Below, piece by piece: positions 42,501 through 49,062 of a stretch of DNA of 64,000 nt. The position numbers and the translations under genes were made by a program. Origin of the DNA: an uncultured Porphyromonadaceae bacterium (GTDB lineage: Bacteria; Bacteroidota; Bacteroidia; Bacteroidales; Porphyromonadaceae); NCBI GenBank assembly GCA_963526345.1, contig CAURNJ010000002.1:54900-118899 (forward strand), written 5' to 3'. Within the stretch, counting starts at the first letter, position 1. Every line of letters starts with the position of its first letter. The notes beneath the pieces are model-generated. The model saw only the letters and a list, made by a program, of their open reading frames with translations, was not told the DNA's origin and did no database searches.

Positions 42501-45500
42501 AATGGATACCGTGAGGAGCTGTGATAGTTTCGGCTTGGGTAGCAGCTCGCGAATCGTTAAGAGAGACCGAACCCTCGACCTGCGCTAACGGATGCAGGCT
42601 ATCAGGCTTCAGATATAATACCGTACCACTGGTGAGTAAGCTCACTATCCTATTCTTTCTTCGCTCCTGATTAGAGATAACGACTTCGCGCCCATCCTTG
42701 CTAATAGATACGGACGTGAAGTAGTAGAGACGTTCCTTCCCTTCACTCTTCACCGATTTGACAAAAACATAGGAGTGTACTCTATCCTCTCCTTCCTTCG
42801 TACGACTGGTGTCTTCAAGGATTACGTCAGGGCGTTCTATCGTAGGACGAATCATCCCGAGCTTTTCATTGCGTCCCTCACGCATCATCTTGAGGAACTG
42901 ATTCTCTCCCATCTTGACATCTCCTATGGGTGAGGCAATGATACCTTCTTTCCCGAACTCAGCATCCCAGTTCTCTGCCGTTAACTCTAAGACAGGGACA
43001 ACCTCGGGATTCTCGCTGATAGCATCAAGGAAGGCTTCCGCTTCTTCTTCGGTCATACTCCGACCGATGATATCAGTCTCTTCCCCCTCATGAATAGGGC
43101 CGTGTGCTGGCATAGCCTCCCCCACTACGGGCTGGACCTGTGACAAAGCTGGTGATGCTGGTGCAGATAGAGCTTCGAGTGATTCTTCTGGGGTGTTGCT
43201 CTCAGGACTGAGGCGCATGCCCACTACCACTCCATCAAGATAGTCCTTCGTGAAGAGATGTACCTTCTTCCCTTCATAGGGCTGATTAAAGTACACTTCG
43301 ATATTTCCGTCCTCATCCTCCTCATTCGTGACGTAGCCCGTGAGCTCTTCTCCTTCGGGAGTGCGAATAGTCAGCTCATCATTAAGCGCATAGCGTGGTA
43401 GTCCCGCCTGCTCACGCTCTTCCCTCTCTTCCGCCTTTGCCTGCTGCACTTGGGCTGCATGCTCATTCTCGATCTGTCGTGCGCGGGTGTTGTCCGCCAT
43501 GCTTTGCAGTTCATCGGTAGTCATCTTGTGGGGTACTCCCGAGTAGTCCACATCCAGTGTACCGTCTTGTCCTACCTGCTGGATAGCGATCTGCTGGGGG
43601 GTGCCATCAGCATCGAGGAGGTCGTATACCGCTCCTGCCTGTGGGGTGATAGTCCCGTTGATAGCGTCGGCAGCTTCCTTCTCCCTGCGTTCGTAGACGG
43701 CATTGACCGCTTCGTTCACTGCCTCGTCGGCACTCGTTGCCTGCTCTGCACTGATAACATCATCAATACTGGCAAAGCGCACTACCCCTGTCTCTTCATC
43801 TCGCACAATAAAGTCCTTACTGGACTTGTCGGTATCGATGCGTCCATCCTCATCCATGACAAGGTCGCCATCCTTGATATGAACCTCTACCTTCTGCCCT
43901 TCCGTACCTCGGAGTATCGCACGACGGATCGTTCCATCCTTGTGCTGACGTGAGCGCACTGACTGCTCGGCTTGTGCTGCTTCAGCCTGTATGCCCTGGG
44001 AGACACTCCCGATCATGCCCTCGTAGGTAGCACGTGCATTGAGGTAGTCCACGTAGGACTGCACCGCCTGTTCGTTGTGCTCCTCTCGTAGCTGTGCTAC
44101 CTGGTCGAGAGTCAGCTGGTCAGGTGCTCCCATTTCATCGAGGGCATTAGCATCTACCCCGAGACGCTCTGCCGCCTTCTGCTGGGTAAACTCATACCAG
44201 CTGCGTGCGTGACTCATCTCCTCGGCTTGGGTCATTCCTGCGCCCTTGTCGTAGGAGTCTGCCAGCTCATTCTGGATGGGGTCTGCATTCATATCCTCTC
44301 CCTGCTTGCGTCGGTATTCGCTCATCCCCTTGTACTTCTGCACAGCCTTTGTGTAATCGAGGATAGCCCTACGCTGATCCGCATTGAAGTTCGGATTCGT
44401 GATTGCTGATCGCACTGCATCCACCTGCTCCTTACCATCCTGGATAAGGATCTGTCTGCGTACATCATCCCACGCCTTGCGCTGCTCGTCCGTGGTGAGC
44501 ATACTCCACACTGCACCCTCACTGCTGCCAATCTGATAGCGTGCCATACCTCGTGCACCACCGCCAGCAACGTAGCCGACAGTATGCGCTGCACTCATAA
44601 CACCTCCCATAAGGGAAACCCCGAGGAAGGTGTCGATATTGTCGTCAAGGTTGAAGAAGCCCTTGCCCTTATCGGTTGATAGATCCTTATCTCCAATCAT
44701 AACGGAGACAGCGTTGTTGGCAACTTCTTCGAGGTATTCCCCGAAACCTCCATTCCATTGTGCATGCTTCTCAAGAGCCTTCAATGAAGTTGCGAACTTT
44801 GAAGCTTGCACATTATCAATGAACTTACCCACCTTTGCCAAGCTCCACACCCCAGCATCACCTATACTACCTGCGACCTTCCCAAGTACGGATTTCTTAC
44901 CTACTTGCCCAGCTGTCTTAGCTCCAGCCTTACCGATTAGCTTAGTAAGCTTTGACACAATTGGAGAAGCCACCTTGCCAGCCGCCCACGTCACCGCATC
45001 AACAAGCCCGTCGCCCAATAGCTCCGTAGCGTATTCTGCTGTGCTTGATAGTTCGCCCTTAACGAAGGCTTCGCCCAAGCTGTCGCCCTCGGTGTGACCT
45101 CCGTAGGTAGTCGTTGCTCGCCCTTCGGCATCCACGCCCGTGGCAAACTGCACATTCCCTGTGGTGCGCCCAATGATATTGGATGCGGTCTTCATTGCCC
45201 CGAAGGTATTCGCCATTGCACCTCCAGCGACCATCGACCCCACTATCTTAGATCCTCCACGTATCACCCCCTTAATAATGGTCTTGCCTGCAAACTTTGC
45301 TCCGAAGCGTCTCATAGCATAGCGAGCAAGCCCAGATGATAGGTTCTTCCCCATAGTAGAGATGCCACCACTCATCGCCATCTCCACCATAAAGGGAACG
45401 GCATTCGCAGTGACACTCCCTGCTTTATAGCCACGCCCTATGCGGTCTTCGAAGTAAAGAGCTGTCGCCATTTCGTTAGCCTTGGCATCAAGTAGGAGTT

Positions 45501-46641
45501 GCTCTCCTCGGGTGAGCTGCTCTCCTCGGTCTGCTCTATCAATAGCCCTGGCAAGGCGAGCCGTATCAGATAGGTCTCTCGCTCCCTGATCCCATAGTTT
45601 GGGATTGATAATGGTTATCCCGAAGCCTCGAAGAGTACCAGCAAGCGCACTTCGCTCATAAACAGAGGCAAGGTCATTCCCTTGCTTCGTGTTGTGGTCG
45701 GCTTCGCTAATGAGATTATTCACGTCTTGCATCGTCCTACGAGCAGCCTCCAGCGTCATATACTCGCTATCATTGACCTGCTCGATGCGTGACTTATTCG
45801 CAGCCGCTGGAATATTGAAGCCTCGGATACCCCATGCCGTTGGGCTATCGGCTATGGTCACCTCTCCCATCTTCTTGTCGAGGTACTCTGTGCGTTCGGA
45901 AAGAGCCTTATCAATTTCGCTTGTCAGCTCTCCCGCCTTACGTCGTGCGTCACTCTCGGTGAGCGTAGGTGTGTAGATGACATTAGCCTCCTTCAAAGCC
46001 TGACGGAGCTTTGGGTCTTTGATGGCGTCTATGTTCCCAGCATTGTAGCCCTCTATCTCCTCTTTGCTCAGCTTGGAGGGGCGGATAGTCTTCCCTGTCC
46101 GCACGTCCATGAAAGCCTTGGGAGCAGTCACCCCACCATTGTTGGGATCGAAGTCGGGGACAAGCTCGGGCTTCACCACGTTGACGACGTTGCCGTGCTC
46201 ATCTTGCGCCACATCGCGTGTGGTTTTCAAGAGTGGCACACTTGGATCATTCACTTCCTGCACGGGGCGCATCCTCTTGTCGAGTCGTGGGAATCCTAAT
46301 CGAGCCTTGGGTGCATACGATGGCAGCTTAGGGTTTACTGGTAGATCAAAGCCAAAGGGAGCTTGAGTTGTCAGCGTTGCCTTGGGCATAATCGGAGACT
46401 TAGGGCGAAGAGGCACAGGCACTCCTGCTGGCGTGGGCTTGATCCAACCCATATCCGCCTTGAAGGTATCGAAGTCGGGAAGCTCATACCCTCCCGATGA
46501 AACCTTATCATATACACTGCGCAGGTTTTCTTCCTTGCGCATATCCTTTGCGAACTGGTCGATGTTTGGGACTGAGTAGCCCATGGTCTCCAGCGTATTG
46601 TGGAGTCCTGATAGGTTCTTTTGCGTCTTATCGCTTGGCAT
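30490..46641 (-). CDS. Giant phage polyvalent (DarB-like) protein, C-terminally truncated at att: 2x PBECR2-like nuclease, ParB-like, third BECR-like nuclease, N6-adenine MTase, SNF2 helicase, MuF-C-like, zincin peptidase, start of LPD38-like domain
   Basis: MTase: YYTP, ILEGSAGIG, ITNVPF. SNF2: AHEVGTGKT, DEAHEYK, TGTPISN, QRNGRILRQGN. Peptidase HEVVGH. Tandem ELTxENWDAEFG...MGENQFLKM...YYFTSVS domains. The last residues GGTRPYITPHHP are read from att/terminator DNA. Confidence 0.9.
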   Translation of the reverse strand: MPSDKTQKNLSGLHNTLETMGYSVPNIDQFAKDMRKEENLRSVYDKVSSGGYELPDFDTFKADMGWIKPTPAGVPVPLRPKSPIMPKATLTTQAPFGFDLPVNPKLPSYAPKARLGFPRLDKRMRPVQEVNDPSVPLLKTTRDVAQDEHGNVVNVVKPELVPDFDPNNGGVTAPKAFMDVRTGKTIRPSKLSKEEIEGYNAGNIDAIKDPKLRQALKEANVIYTPTLTESDARRKAGELTSEIDKALSERTEYLDKKMGEVTIADSPTAWGIRGFNIPAAANKSRIEQVNDSEYMTLEAARRTMQDVNNLISEADHNTKQGNDLASVYERSALAGTLRGFGITIINPKLWDQGARDLSDTARLARAIDRADRGEQLTRGEQLLLDAKANEMATALYFEDRIGRGYKAGSVTANAVPFMVEMAMSGGISTMGKNLSSGLARYAMRRFGAKFAGKTIIKGVIRGGSKIVGSMVAGGAMANTFGAMKTASNIIGRTTGNVQFATGVDAEGRATTTYGGHTEGDSLGEAFVKGELSSTAEYATELLGDGLVDAVTWAAGKVASPIVSKLTKLIGKAGAKTAGQVGKKSVLGKVAGSIGDAGVWSLAKVGKFIDNVQASKFATSLKALEKHAQWNGGFGEYLEEVANNAVSVMIGDKDLSTDKGKGFFNLDDNIDTFLGVSLMGGVMSAAHTVGYVAGGGARGMARYQIGSSEGAVWSMLTTDEQRKAWDDVRRQILIQDGKEQVDAVRSAITNPNFNADQRRAILDYTKAVQKYKGMSEYRRKQGEDMNADPIQNELADSYDKGAGMTQAEEMSHARSWYEFTQQKAAERLGVDANALDEMGAPDQLTLDQVAQLREEHNEQAVQSYVDYLNARATYEGMIGSVSQGIQAEAAQAEQSVRSRQHKDGTIRRAILRGTEGQKVEVHIKDGDLVMDEDGRIDTDKSSKDFIVRDEETGVVRFASIDDVISAEQATSADEAVNEAVNAVYERREKEAADAINGTITPQAGAVYDLLDADGTPQQIAIQQVGQDGTLDVDYSGVPHKMTTDELQSMADNTRARQIENEHAAQVQQAKAEEREEREQAGLPRYALNDELTIRTPEGEELTGYVTNEEDEDGNIEVYFNQPYEGKKVHLFTKDYLDGVVVGMRLSPESNTPEESLEALSAPASPALSQVQPVVGEAMPAHGPIHEGEETDIIGRSMTEEEAEAFLDAISENPEVVPVLELTAENWDAEFGKEGIIASPIGDVKMGENQFLKMMREGRNEKLGMIRPTIERPDVILEDTSRTKEGEDRVHSYVFVKSVKSEGKERLYYFTSVSISKDGREVVISNQERRKNRIVSLLTSGTVLYLKPDSLHPLAQVEGSVSLNDSRAATQAETITAPHGIHSSEEASSADKGSESLSEGDSNDESLSTEDTEREPVEDDGIIGRSMTEEEAEAFLLHIDEHPGRAPELDLTTENWDAEFGEDGVVHTPIGDAHMGENQFLKMMREGRKNKLGMIRPTLEAPHAIVEEGSTAKDGQETERDSSYIYIRVFEKEDGSRQYYFTSVSVQRDGGEVIVSNQEKSRNQVKRLLTEGVVLWMRADNASDASDIDQDLYSPQGTELSDPASEGTDASQSTPSESKDSESTSHADPNDEGLSAEEAYEAVVHATQGDVGIALMVIESTVADKEKALGKAKKAKPRSADTIEGKIQALAEVSEGIEAAEASLAHWQAVAEIATEHMQGDVVEEEATQPEAEGLMGDPVPEEEEVKGKKEDVDLTSQQANVPEWNKDTPADARARGYIKVANVRVDRQGELTDALIGKESDVKFATNDTQHARYAIIEAESLQPSHIRGYQNQLHFIPEAQPKDRSDVVSDQAAVRIAANINPEEITTSATAYTGAPTINARGEVIQGNSRADALRVVWESFRDTSGAKYKQYLIENAEALGIDPKAIEGMKSPVLVHLADVSDNRAIELGQYRQSDIESGGVERINPQTLYAKIGEKRGAFVCFLLETSDDDLSLAESITRNAVETLIWLNSQGFISDTQYRSAFGAKGEITAEAKEDLRDTLYRSFFEGAHNSLKDEFFNLPKRIQQALLRVSYRDQQSPADAQFLDELQSSVSAYSALMGYAPFAEAKTFEDAERAIETWMRFSGDLITGEVNSEQYSNFAVQLALRYKFYTQKELIAKLNAVYDAVQAVSEDTLFGEGEVNPKTLAEAVRAVFNIEYNPQRERQDNGTDGSDTPGNNGERSDGREQEGQGTPGGDEQDQSRAGTAERRGRASSDPQSGRKVTQPTSKESPESGETQASDATGEGYRLSAIASKRGGYFFENSEGGIDLVKISDNVFEAIGLKPMPMRMTESMAQHILDRHGKELGISTQEEAVAFVVDIMQHFDHVREGNKLNTYIFSIEKGRSRTGKRAVTLVLPTKSGEYLGVSSSGYEKVKSLKERALLWEEGANNMAPTTETASANVPTPSATQGGMTGGSASNQSHALSVDKDSEKEIAEGSASEMTPEQRTLLDGTNPRQYSDTQESLSTDEDSEKTTPKSTTKKKSKPQPQPRKVSLEGLMGALHATGEAILSDHIEEEKVEADATNGMRPVTIEPEDMSDEELVALIDNEDTDGDTLWRIRGVLQARSRMDTNSVDAHILSNPNVPDNLIEAISLGRGWYVSNGWTSSKASNLLAQRRMMQAVEHTNEVAEQQEKEEQEEVRVKNEGQFGLVSDERMQELKARMKKKLRGQLNAGVDPEVLAIGLELAVGYIDRGLSKFSRFAETLINDLGEEVRPYIKAFYNGARDMPELVESGLSQKMDGYDAVNSFDIANFGKEERPELIEQARHVAKEQEAQAQMAEVKEQQLAETKEAENNGTEEVHVPARTSTGEREAGEEHRPDEPLGTPAESQAKQPKQKRVDRRSVEDTLADDQRGGGVPEQLDQSVEAPKGEKPAKLNTRNWREKKGEDNSPKSEVARIKANIDAIKLSKEILNEGREATQAEKAILAQWTGWGGLGAAFNEYSTTYATLRELLTEDELREANESRLTAYYTPAKIIDQIWDAVSALGFKGGNILEGSAGIGSMLARMPKGVSDVSNIQAVEIDGITGGILSLLYPDADVHIKGFQNTKVAPGSVSLAITNVPFVTGLKVHDDTGFSDLSRKFGKNIHDFCIAKNVRTLAPNGLGVFITSSGTLDKSRDLRLWLTDKDGGNSDVVGAFRLHNETFIGASVTSDIIIVRKRGENGEKLAGAINITETTPVRTGKYTDYSGERATTREVALSYNDYFVQHPEHMGGEMKLAFENGATYRATSAGLYPTPNIDQDKLLTAWVRSMKKIDMAKVDPNEGARTGVTSGKDLSEYKIGEVFVQKDGSVAIVSTNKGVTIAESFANDGKKVLSKYAKAQVVEDYRAIKKALNELIDYQLQASEDSTGKLKELQQALNTAYDTFVERYGNLNKNRAISFLSKDIDWPSIQAIEKFEEKANVDGSKTKIYGKTDIFSSRIIDAKTKEKPTDPTQAVKVSILSFGRVDLQYLSDALSISEEEAKKASLATGLAFENPSTGVVESRYAYLSGNVREKLAAAEANNEGGKYDANVSALREVMPQDIPAHLLPYSFGASWIPAKVFEEFVQERTGVRVSLSKHGGGWVMTTKSDDYTEANKAIGVRSELLDEYILGTELMDVAINLKTKIVSKTESFGYGKDRTTKTTTDKAATAAVSDKADELRQDFVDWMQAKVQEDDKLAEQLTTKYNMEMNNYVPMTMPDDFAPTHFEGASNKITLRPHQAKAAIRATTQPVLLAHEVGTGKTFTMISAAMEMRRLGTAKKPMIVVQNATVGQFVNSAKLLYPQANILTLSEDDKGHEGRKRFYANVMYNDWDMIIIPQSTFDKIPDSEERKRTYIEEKIREKREVIEAMKEDKDAARSAVYRAKVKELQNLEKEVAKSSRPAIDAKAEAKSRMNAEAKAQQMLDRKVDEGVYEFDDLGIDALLIDEAHEYKHLGFETAMGRGIKGIDPSYSNKSQGLYLKIQSVMEKTGGRNILFATGTPISNTAAEIWTFMRYLMPREDMEAYSISNFDDFVRNYGRVQTQLEFSTDGRFKANKRFVGYDGLSELVRIWSQVSDTVLTSNSPEVLEKIPELEGGKATDIFLPQTPGLRSVMLFVKEQLAAYDKMSGAEKKENSHIPLTMYGIAKAAAVDPRLVVNDAMDEPMSKTNEAVRQTLKSLEETKAYNGTVAIFSDIYNNKESGFNLYEDIRKKLIEGGVPEEQVVIMKPGMDANRKKALFDKVNSGEVRVVLGSSFTLGTGVNIQERLHTLIHVDAPNRPMDYTQRNGRILRQGNLHKEMGKPVRILRFGVEDSLDVTAYQRLKTKGAIADSIMHGAEYMENALEHRSIEEEGDNFGDMVANLSGSEYALLKNQAEKELRKLETKRKQWEADQRYLSKAIPETKQEIAGLRVIEKKAENTLSALDELFPGGKVDKIVVGKRAFGSVDEMKEFIKDYNKTISEAEAEVKEGFGNTSVQRSLTLSVNGVDFVVNTKIEKHMEQKDSKLTAVSRRVMTYSSEKLGIENTPVPGMRIANAIKDITESVITGDRVRALAANAKETYTRKEKELAQMEARSGKPFEHEEELEKAREDVANYEELMQKELEEKEAKYAEMDSQVNAANNVSNAEEDTEEANDEEVRYRSDELDEVSNRFNAELAQLTEENSDSTIFSLGMPSSELMAGGVAPKLMRLYGNKVIKKMKKHGFALSDLLDLPKAVAQPIAVFSTHRDGSHAILTELKTEEGNILVTLEVGKGGADIDFNLLTSTYGKSHGRVLQWLNSGKATYINKEKALEYLASAPAPIAGAKQAQELSLATKVVETFENIELSEESNAIVQMEEVATRTAESLGEDVRVILDTAEIEGRNESETSRMRGAKGWYDPKTGQVVVVLPNAESADDVEATILHEVVGHKGLQELVGKDQFGKFLDEVFEGANEAVRNGIVERSKRYGWNTRLATEEYIAELAEQGFKDLEARDLWNVVRNAFYNLLSRVKLALGWNISDRELRYMLWRTYQMKKGEGLMGQAKDIAMQEKLGVGNYEGIRFRQGEIAPVKVAATYDALIRKSGYQTQEALQDSMLSLKKTMEMIMKAKGDAKYIEEIEGYQNAYMGENRLSSVNQAEAAAYTRMALEPLVEEVSRLAKKAHHSYVTDYMMAKHGLERNRVMAFQKAVEADIDTHNKAVKESGEGEELTASSLWDAYLNDTDRIRNEADYREGYITADVWHKTDDEIRARFAPSYAKYRERDYAGLTGLLDRPDVAIQTLKAEAIEEVMKFEKVNDVTELWKLTNKATDAPLSKQYEGGLMSRETLEHVRNMYGYYIPLRGFDETTSDDVYSYLGDRDRAFSPTLKKAKGRSSKAEDPIAHIASMMESAILLGGTRPYITPHHP
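32194..32287 (+). ncRNA. Candidate antisense sRNA cassette A (promoter TACCTTTG + ~80-nt hairpin + U-run) at the end of the MuF-C-like domain
   Basis: Stem 32207-32222 with 32266-32281 (15/16 paired incl. G-U), inner cttgtt/ggcaag and cccgc/gcggg. Confidence 0.55.
39105..39196 (+). ncRNA. Candidate antisense sRNA cassette B (promoter TATCTTCG + hairpin), no directly adjacent nuclease domain
   Basis: Stem 39122-39136 with 39179-39193 (15/15 incl. two U-G pairs favouring the + strand), inner gacggg/cccgtc. Confidence 0.5.
39228..39385 (+). ncRNA. Candidate antisense sRNA cassette C (promoter TATCTTTG + ~145-nt stem-closed RNA + U-run) at the end of the third BECR-like domain
   Basis: gaaagagcgtggctttgg (39242-39259) pairs with ccaaagcaacgctctttc (39364-39381), 17/18, followed by tttt. 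Confidence 0.55.
41787..41941 (+). ncRNA. Candidate antisense sRNA cassette D (promoter TATCTTTG + ~140-nt multibranch RNA) at the end of PBECR2-like copy 2
   Basis: cagaagg-c-gtgctttg (41799-41814) pairs with caaagcac-taca-ccttctg (41921-41939); inner gacgcatc/gatgcgtt and tcggaca/tgtccga; promoter 14-mer ttcactatctttgc identical to the tRNA-Arg promoter. Confidence 0.55.
42468..42612 (+). ncRNA. Candidate antisense sRNA cassette E (promoter TACCTTTG + ~125-nt structured RNA) at the end of PBECR2-like copy 1
   Basis: gaagcct (42485-42491) / aggcttc (42604-42610) closing stem; inner gagctg/cagctc and cctgc/gcagg. Confidence 0.45.
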
Positions 46642-46658
46642 GAGTTGCTGGTGTTTGG

Positions 46659-47906
46659 TTAGTAGGCTTTGCCCTTTGAGCCACTGCCCTTATAGGCTTC
46701 GCCCATAGGTGCTGGCTTCGCTGGCGATGGCTTTGCCACTGGCTTGGGTGTGGATTGGCCTCTACGTCTATTAGGCAAGGAGGTTATCACCTTGCGTGCC
46801 TCGGGATTTTTAATGTTCTGCCCAATGATCTGGCGCATCTCTGATGTACTGGGCTCTTGGTACGTAGCCTTAGGCCCGTAGCCCTTCTTTGTTCGATATT
46901 TAGCACGTATGGACTCGGGGAGCTGGTTATACACCTGCCCAATATTTACGTCATTGAATGCATCTTCGGGAACTTCGATACCACCAAGGTCATCTCCATT
47001 TTCGTCTGTGCCGAGGTCGATCCACACAGACTTCCCTCCACCAGCGTTGGCTGCACGCGTAGCCATGATTCCCGTCCGTCGTCTCTGCTCTGATTCGGAT
47101 ACCCGATTGTGTCGCTTCGTCTCTGCAAGTGCATCGGCTCTCTGCTTGAGACCAGCCATGCCCAGCTTCTCTCGTAGCTGTCGGTTGGCTTCCTTTTCTC
47201 CAAGGTCTGCGACCATCTTCTGATACGCCATAGACTGCTTCGCTTGTGCGAGCTGTTGCTCAAGGGCAGCTTGCTCACGTCTAAGCTTCATCGCATCTCG
47301 TACTTCATCGTTATGGGCGTCGAGCTGCTTAGCCTTCATGTAGGCATTGAGGTATGCATCTGCATTTGCCTTACGCTCCGCATCGAGCTTGTCGTGTCTG
47401 GCTTGCACCGCACTAAGCATTGTCTCGGTGGGCTTGTAGGCATTGGGCGCATAGTTAGCCGTGGCAACAAGATTGCTGATAGCTCTCACCCCGTCGCCTA
47501 TTGCTGCGATAGCCTCACGGCTACGCTGGCGTCGTCGGTCTTTCTCCACCTCTTCTGCTGTCGGAGGTGTGTAGGGATTAAGATGTCGCAGGATATCCAC
47601 GTAGGACGTTGGGCGTGTCACCCGATCCTTATCAGCTTCGGTGAGTCGTACTTTGGGTAGTTCGGGGGTAGTGCCGAGAAGGTCTGGTCGCTTAATCGCC
47701 ATCACACCATTACCATTACCAGGCACAGGCTGAGTGGCTTTCGGTGGTACTGGGGCTTGTGCTGGTTGCTGAGGGACTACAGGCTGAGCTGGTGTGGCAG
47801 GTTGCTGTGCCTGCACAGACATAGCTTGCTGTATTTTCGCAGGGGCATCTTCCTTACGAGAGACCTCACGCTCCGTACCCTTACGTATATCGTCGAGTAC
47901 TCCCAT
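46659..47906 (-). CDS. Putative phage internal virion/ejection protein
   Basis: Pro/Gln-rich N-terminus, coiled coils, 'AETKRHNRVSE' motif typical of DNA-pilot/ejection proteins; upstream of the giant protein. Confidence 0.55.
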   Translation of the reverse strand: MGVLDDIRKGTEREVSRKEDAPAKIQQAMSVQAQQPATPAQPVVPQQPAQAPVPPKATQPVPGNGNGVMAIKRPDLLGTTPELPKVRLTEADKDRVTRPTSYVDILRHLNPYTPPTAEEVEKDRRRQRSREAIAAIGDGVRAISNLVATANYAPNAYKPTETMLSAVQARHDKLDAERKANADAYLNAYMKAKQLDAHNDEVRDAMKLRREQAALEQQLAQAKQSMAYQKMVADLGEKEANRQLREKLGMAGLKQRADALAETKRHNRVSESEQRRRTGIMATRAANAGGGKSVWIDLGTDENGDDLGGIEVPEDAFNDVNIGQVYNQLPESIRAKYRTKKGYGPKATYQEPSTSEMRQIIGQNIKNPEARKVITSLPNRRRGQSTPKPVAKPSPAKPAPMGEAYKGSGSKGKAY

Positions 47907-47908
47907 GG

Positions 47909-48427
47909 TTACTTACTGCTTTGTGGATCGAAGGCGTTGGCAATACCTGCTCCAGCTTGTGCTACGCCTCCGATAGCCTGAGTGATTCCTTGAGCTCGAT
48001 TGGCTTCGATCTGATTGAGTTGTTGCTGGAAACCTTCTCGGCGTTGCATGTACTGCGCCTCGATCTGCTCTTTCCTTCGTGCTCCATCCGCAGCTATTGA
48101 GCTGGCTACATTAGCGAGGGCTTCATTGCCTGCTTCACGCTCTGCCTGTACGGACTCTTCTGTCCCTCCCATAACAGCTTGTACTGCTTGTGCTCGCTGG
48201 TTACGCTTGGCAATAGCCTCACGTGTACGCTCCAAGGTACGCAGAGCGTCAGCACGTTGGAGTGCGTCCTCATTATATCGTCTATCATACCACGACTGAT
48301 TGTCACGCATACTATTCATGACTCCCTGACGTGCGCGCTTGGCGGCCTTGCTTGCAGCTATACCTCCGAAGATACTCCCGACAGCTCCTATGCCTGCTCC
48401 GATAAGACTTGCTATTGGTAATGCCAT
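47909..48427 (-). CDS. Putative phage DNA pilot/ejection protein
   Basis: Gly/Ala-rich hydrophobic N-terminus (LIGAGIGAVGSIFGGIAASKAAKRA) followed by coiled coil. Confidence 0.6.
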   Translation of the reverse strand: MALPIASLIGAGIGAVGSIFGGIAASKAAKRARQGVMNSMRDNQSWYDRRYNEDALQRADALRTLERTREAIAKRNQRAQAVQAVMGGTEESVQAEREAGNEALANVASSIAADGARRKEQIEAQYMQRREGFQQQLNQIEANRAQGITQAIGGVAQAGAGIANAFDPQSSK

Positions 48428-48527
48428 ATCTCTATTACTTAATGCTCTATATGTTATATGCCGTGCAATTTAGCGACATAGATTAGCGCACGTGCGACAT
48501 ATAGAGTATTAAGCAACGAGTATATTT

Positions 48528-48812
48528 ATGGCTAAAGGAAGAAAGACAGGAGGGCGCAAGCCTGGATCGCTGAATAAGACGACGAAGGTCAGTCGAGAGA
48601 TGATTGTGGGAGTACTGGAGAAATACCAAGAGAGTGGTATGATGTCCGAAGACCTTGAGGCACTCGAGCCCAAAGATCGCATAGACATCATGGTAAAGCT
48701 CATGAACTTTGTATTACCAAAGATGCAGAGCACTCAGATGGATCTCACAGCAAACGTAAAGGAGCTATCCGTTGAGAGTGACCTCACGAAGTTGGCAGAA
48801 GAGATGGCTTAG
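48528..48812 (+). CDS. Putative terminase small subunit-like DNA-binding protein
   Basis: N-terminal KGRKTGGRKPGSLNKTT motif common in phage terS-like proteins. Confidence 0.5.
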   Translation: MAKGRKTGGRKPGSLNKTTKVSREMIVGVLEKYQESGMMSEDLEALEPKDRIDIMVKLMNFVLPKMQSTQMDLTANVKELSVESDLTKLAEEMA

Positions 48813-48823
48813 ATAAAAGAAAT

Positions 48824-48851
48824 GCGGGTAAGCCGTAAAAGACTTACCCGC
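48824..48851. terminator. Hairpin terminator
   Basis: gcgggtaag-N10-cttacccgc after the terS-like stop; A-rich left flank gives a U-tract on the minus strand. Confidence 0.65.
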
Positions 48852-49032
48852 GCCCTGCAGGTGTGAGATCATTCTGCTCCGCTCTCACAATGCCAAAGGT
48901 ATATAAAGATTTTGACCGACAGCTTTGGACATTTACAAAGAATTATAATCCAGTCGTTTACCAACCAAGTAACCCCGAAAGACTCCTTAATTTGGAGCTA
49001 TTTGGACATTCTTGGACGTATTTCGAGGGAAC

Positions 49033-49062
49033 AAAAAAGCCTGCACCATCCTCGGTGCAGGC
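49033..49062 (-). terminator. Intrinsic terminator
   Basis: gcctgcacc-N6-ggtgcaggc with aaaaaa on the + strand left flank. Confidence 0.75.
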
